Virus record (IMG/VR): IMGVR_UViG_3300030102_003865
Span: 1-46,956 of that record
Source of the DNA: a virus
Lineage: Duplodnaviria; Caudoviricetes
Strand: one strand, 5' to 3'
Length of the DNA: 46,956 nt
Each line of letters opens with the position of its first letter. Positions within the stretch are counted from its first letter, which is position 1. Below the pieces are notes generated by a model that was given only the letters and a program-made list of their open reading frames with translations, did no database searches and was not told the DNA's origin. A program made the position numbers and the translations under genes. This document shows, piece after piece, positions 46,066 through 46,956 of this stretch.

Positions 46066-46956
46066 CTAGGATACTTCAGGTAAAACTGTCATACTCCAGT
46101 TAATATTGCTAAACTGGACTTGGTCTACAGTGGTTGCACTCACGGACCCTATTTTCTGGTGAAAAGTTCCTTTCCTCTTGTCGGCTTCTCTTGTTAAAGC
46201 TTTAGTTGTCCCATCTTGGGTCAAAGGTCCAAAAGGAATATCTGCGGGTGCTCCTGCCCCAACTGCGACGCGCTCTATGCTTCCTACAATGCTATCAACA
46301 GAAGCAGATTCATTGACAGTTATTTCCCACTTAACATAAAAATCTCCGCTAGAATGAGAGGTTTCATGATACCTAAATGATGTATCTGTGCCATCCTCGA
46401 ATCTAATCCGTTTGTTAAAGGTATTTGAAAAATCTGCAAAAGCAGGAGGGTTGTTTTGGAAAGTTTGACCAGATACAGCTACAAACTTATGTGTTGTAGG
46501 TGTGCTCTGTAAAGCAGGGACTCTATGTTTATGATTTAAGCCTGATGAAGATGAACTTCCTGAAATTGAAATGGTGAAATCAGGGAGGTCTGTGGAAGAC
46601 CCTACTTTTACGTTTCCTGTTGTGCCTGTACATTTTTTGTTAGCTTCTGTACTGTAGTCTTTAATACTTCCTGTTTCACCCGTTACTCTTCTCTCAAGAC
46701 CATCAGTAGCAGAATAATCTGTAACCTCTGTTGTGTCTCCTGTAACACTATGTGTGTGATTATCTTTAATGTAAGTATGGTGGTGCGCACCTTCAGTTGA
46801 AGAAGTCCCTGTTATTGCGGTAGGAGTAGAGGTAGATAAGCCTCCAGTGTTTCCTGTAACCTCTAAAGAAGTACCAGAAGTTTCTGTGATGTTTCCTGTG
46901 TTTCCAGTAATTCTCTTTTCAGAGTCAGTATTATAATCTTTAACCTCCGAAGAATC
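46066..46956 (-). CDS. Partial tail fibre-like protein (5' end outside window, not in ORF track)
   Basis: Frame from window edge to TAG 46068-46066 (translated by hand at both ends); T/G/S-rich TG.TG repeats with His boxes HHH, HTH, HKH. Confidence 0.7.
   Translation of the reverse strand, partial: DSSEVKDYNTDSEKRITGNTGNITETSGTSLEVTGNTGGLSTSTPTAITGTSSTEGAHHHTYIKDNHTHSVTGDTTEVTDYSATDGLERRVTGETGSIKDYSTEANKKCTGTTGNVKVGSSTDLPDFTISISGSSSSSGLNHKHRVPALQSTPTTHKFVAVSGQTFQNNPPAFADFSNTFNKRIRFEDGTDTSFRYHETSHSSGDFYVKWEITVNESASVDSIVGSIERVAVGAGAPADIPFGPLTQDGTTKALTREADKRKGTFHQKIGSVSATTVDQVQFSNINWSMTVLPEVS

Overview
This window is most of a tailed dsDNA phage genome, probably podovirus-like. Portal and capsid genes were not recognised and probably lie beyond the right edge. 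Layout: (1) 1-9135, + strand early region. It has an AT-rich left end, a ~360-nt GC-rich structured non-coding region, two type II hammerhead ribozymes with pseudoknots, a MoxR-like AAA ATPase / helical protein / HExxH-vWA trio and many small ORFs. It ends with a promoter-to-terminator ~95-nt candidate sRNA complementary to a repeated CTTAACTTAAC leader found upstream of early genes. (2) 9140-26776, - strand: a 4491-aa polyvalent protein (peptidase-like, 3 ADP-ribosyltransferase-like, ParB-like, 2H phosphoesterase and methyltransferase modules separated by a recurring linker), two probable internal virion proteins and the large terminase. (3) 26804-36133, + strand replication module: HTH, RuvC-like resolvase, SF2 helicase, Cas4-like nuclease, SSB-like protein, Leu762 family A polymerase and primase-helicase. 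(4) 36135-46956, - strand lysis and tail genes. The most novel signal is the RNA-level system in the early region: large ncRNA, tandem self-cleaving ribozymes and an anti-leader sRNA. All calls are by eye from motifs and base-pairing; no searches or folding programs were run.
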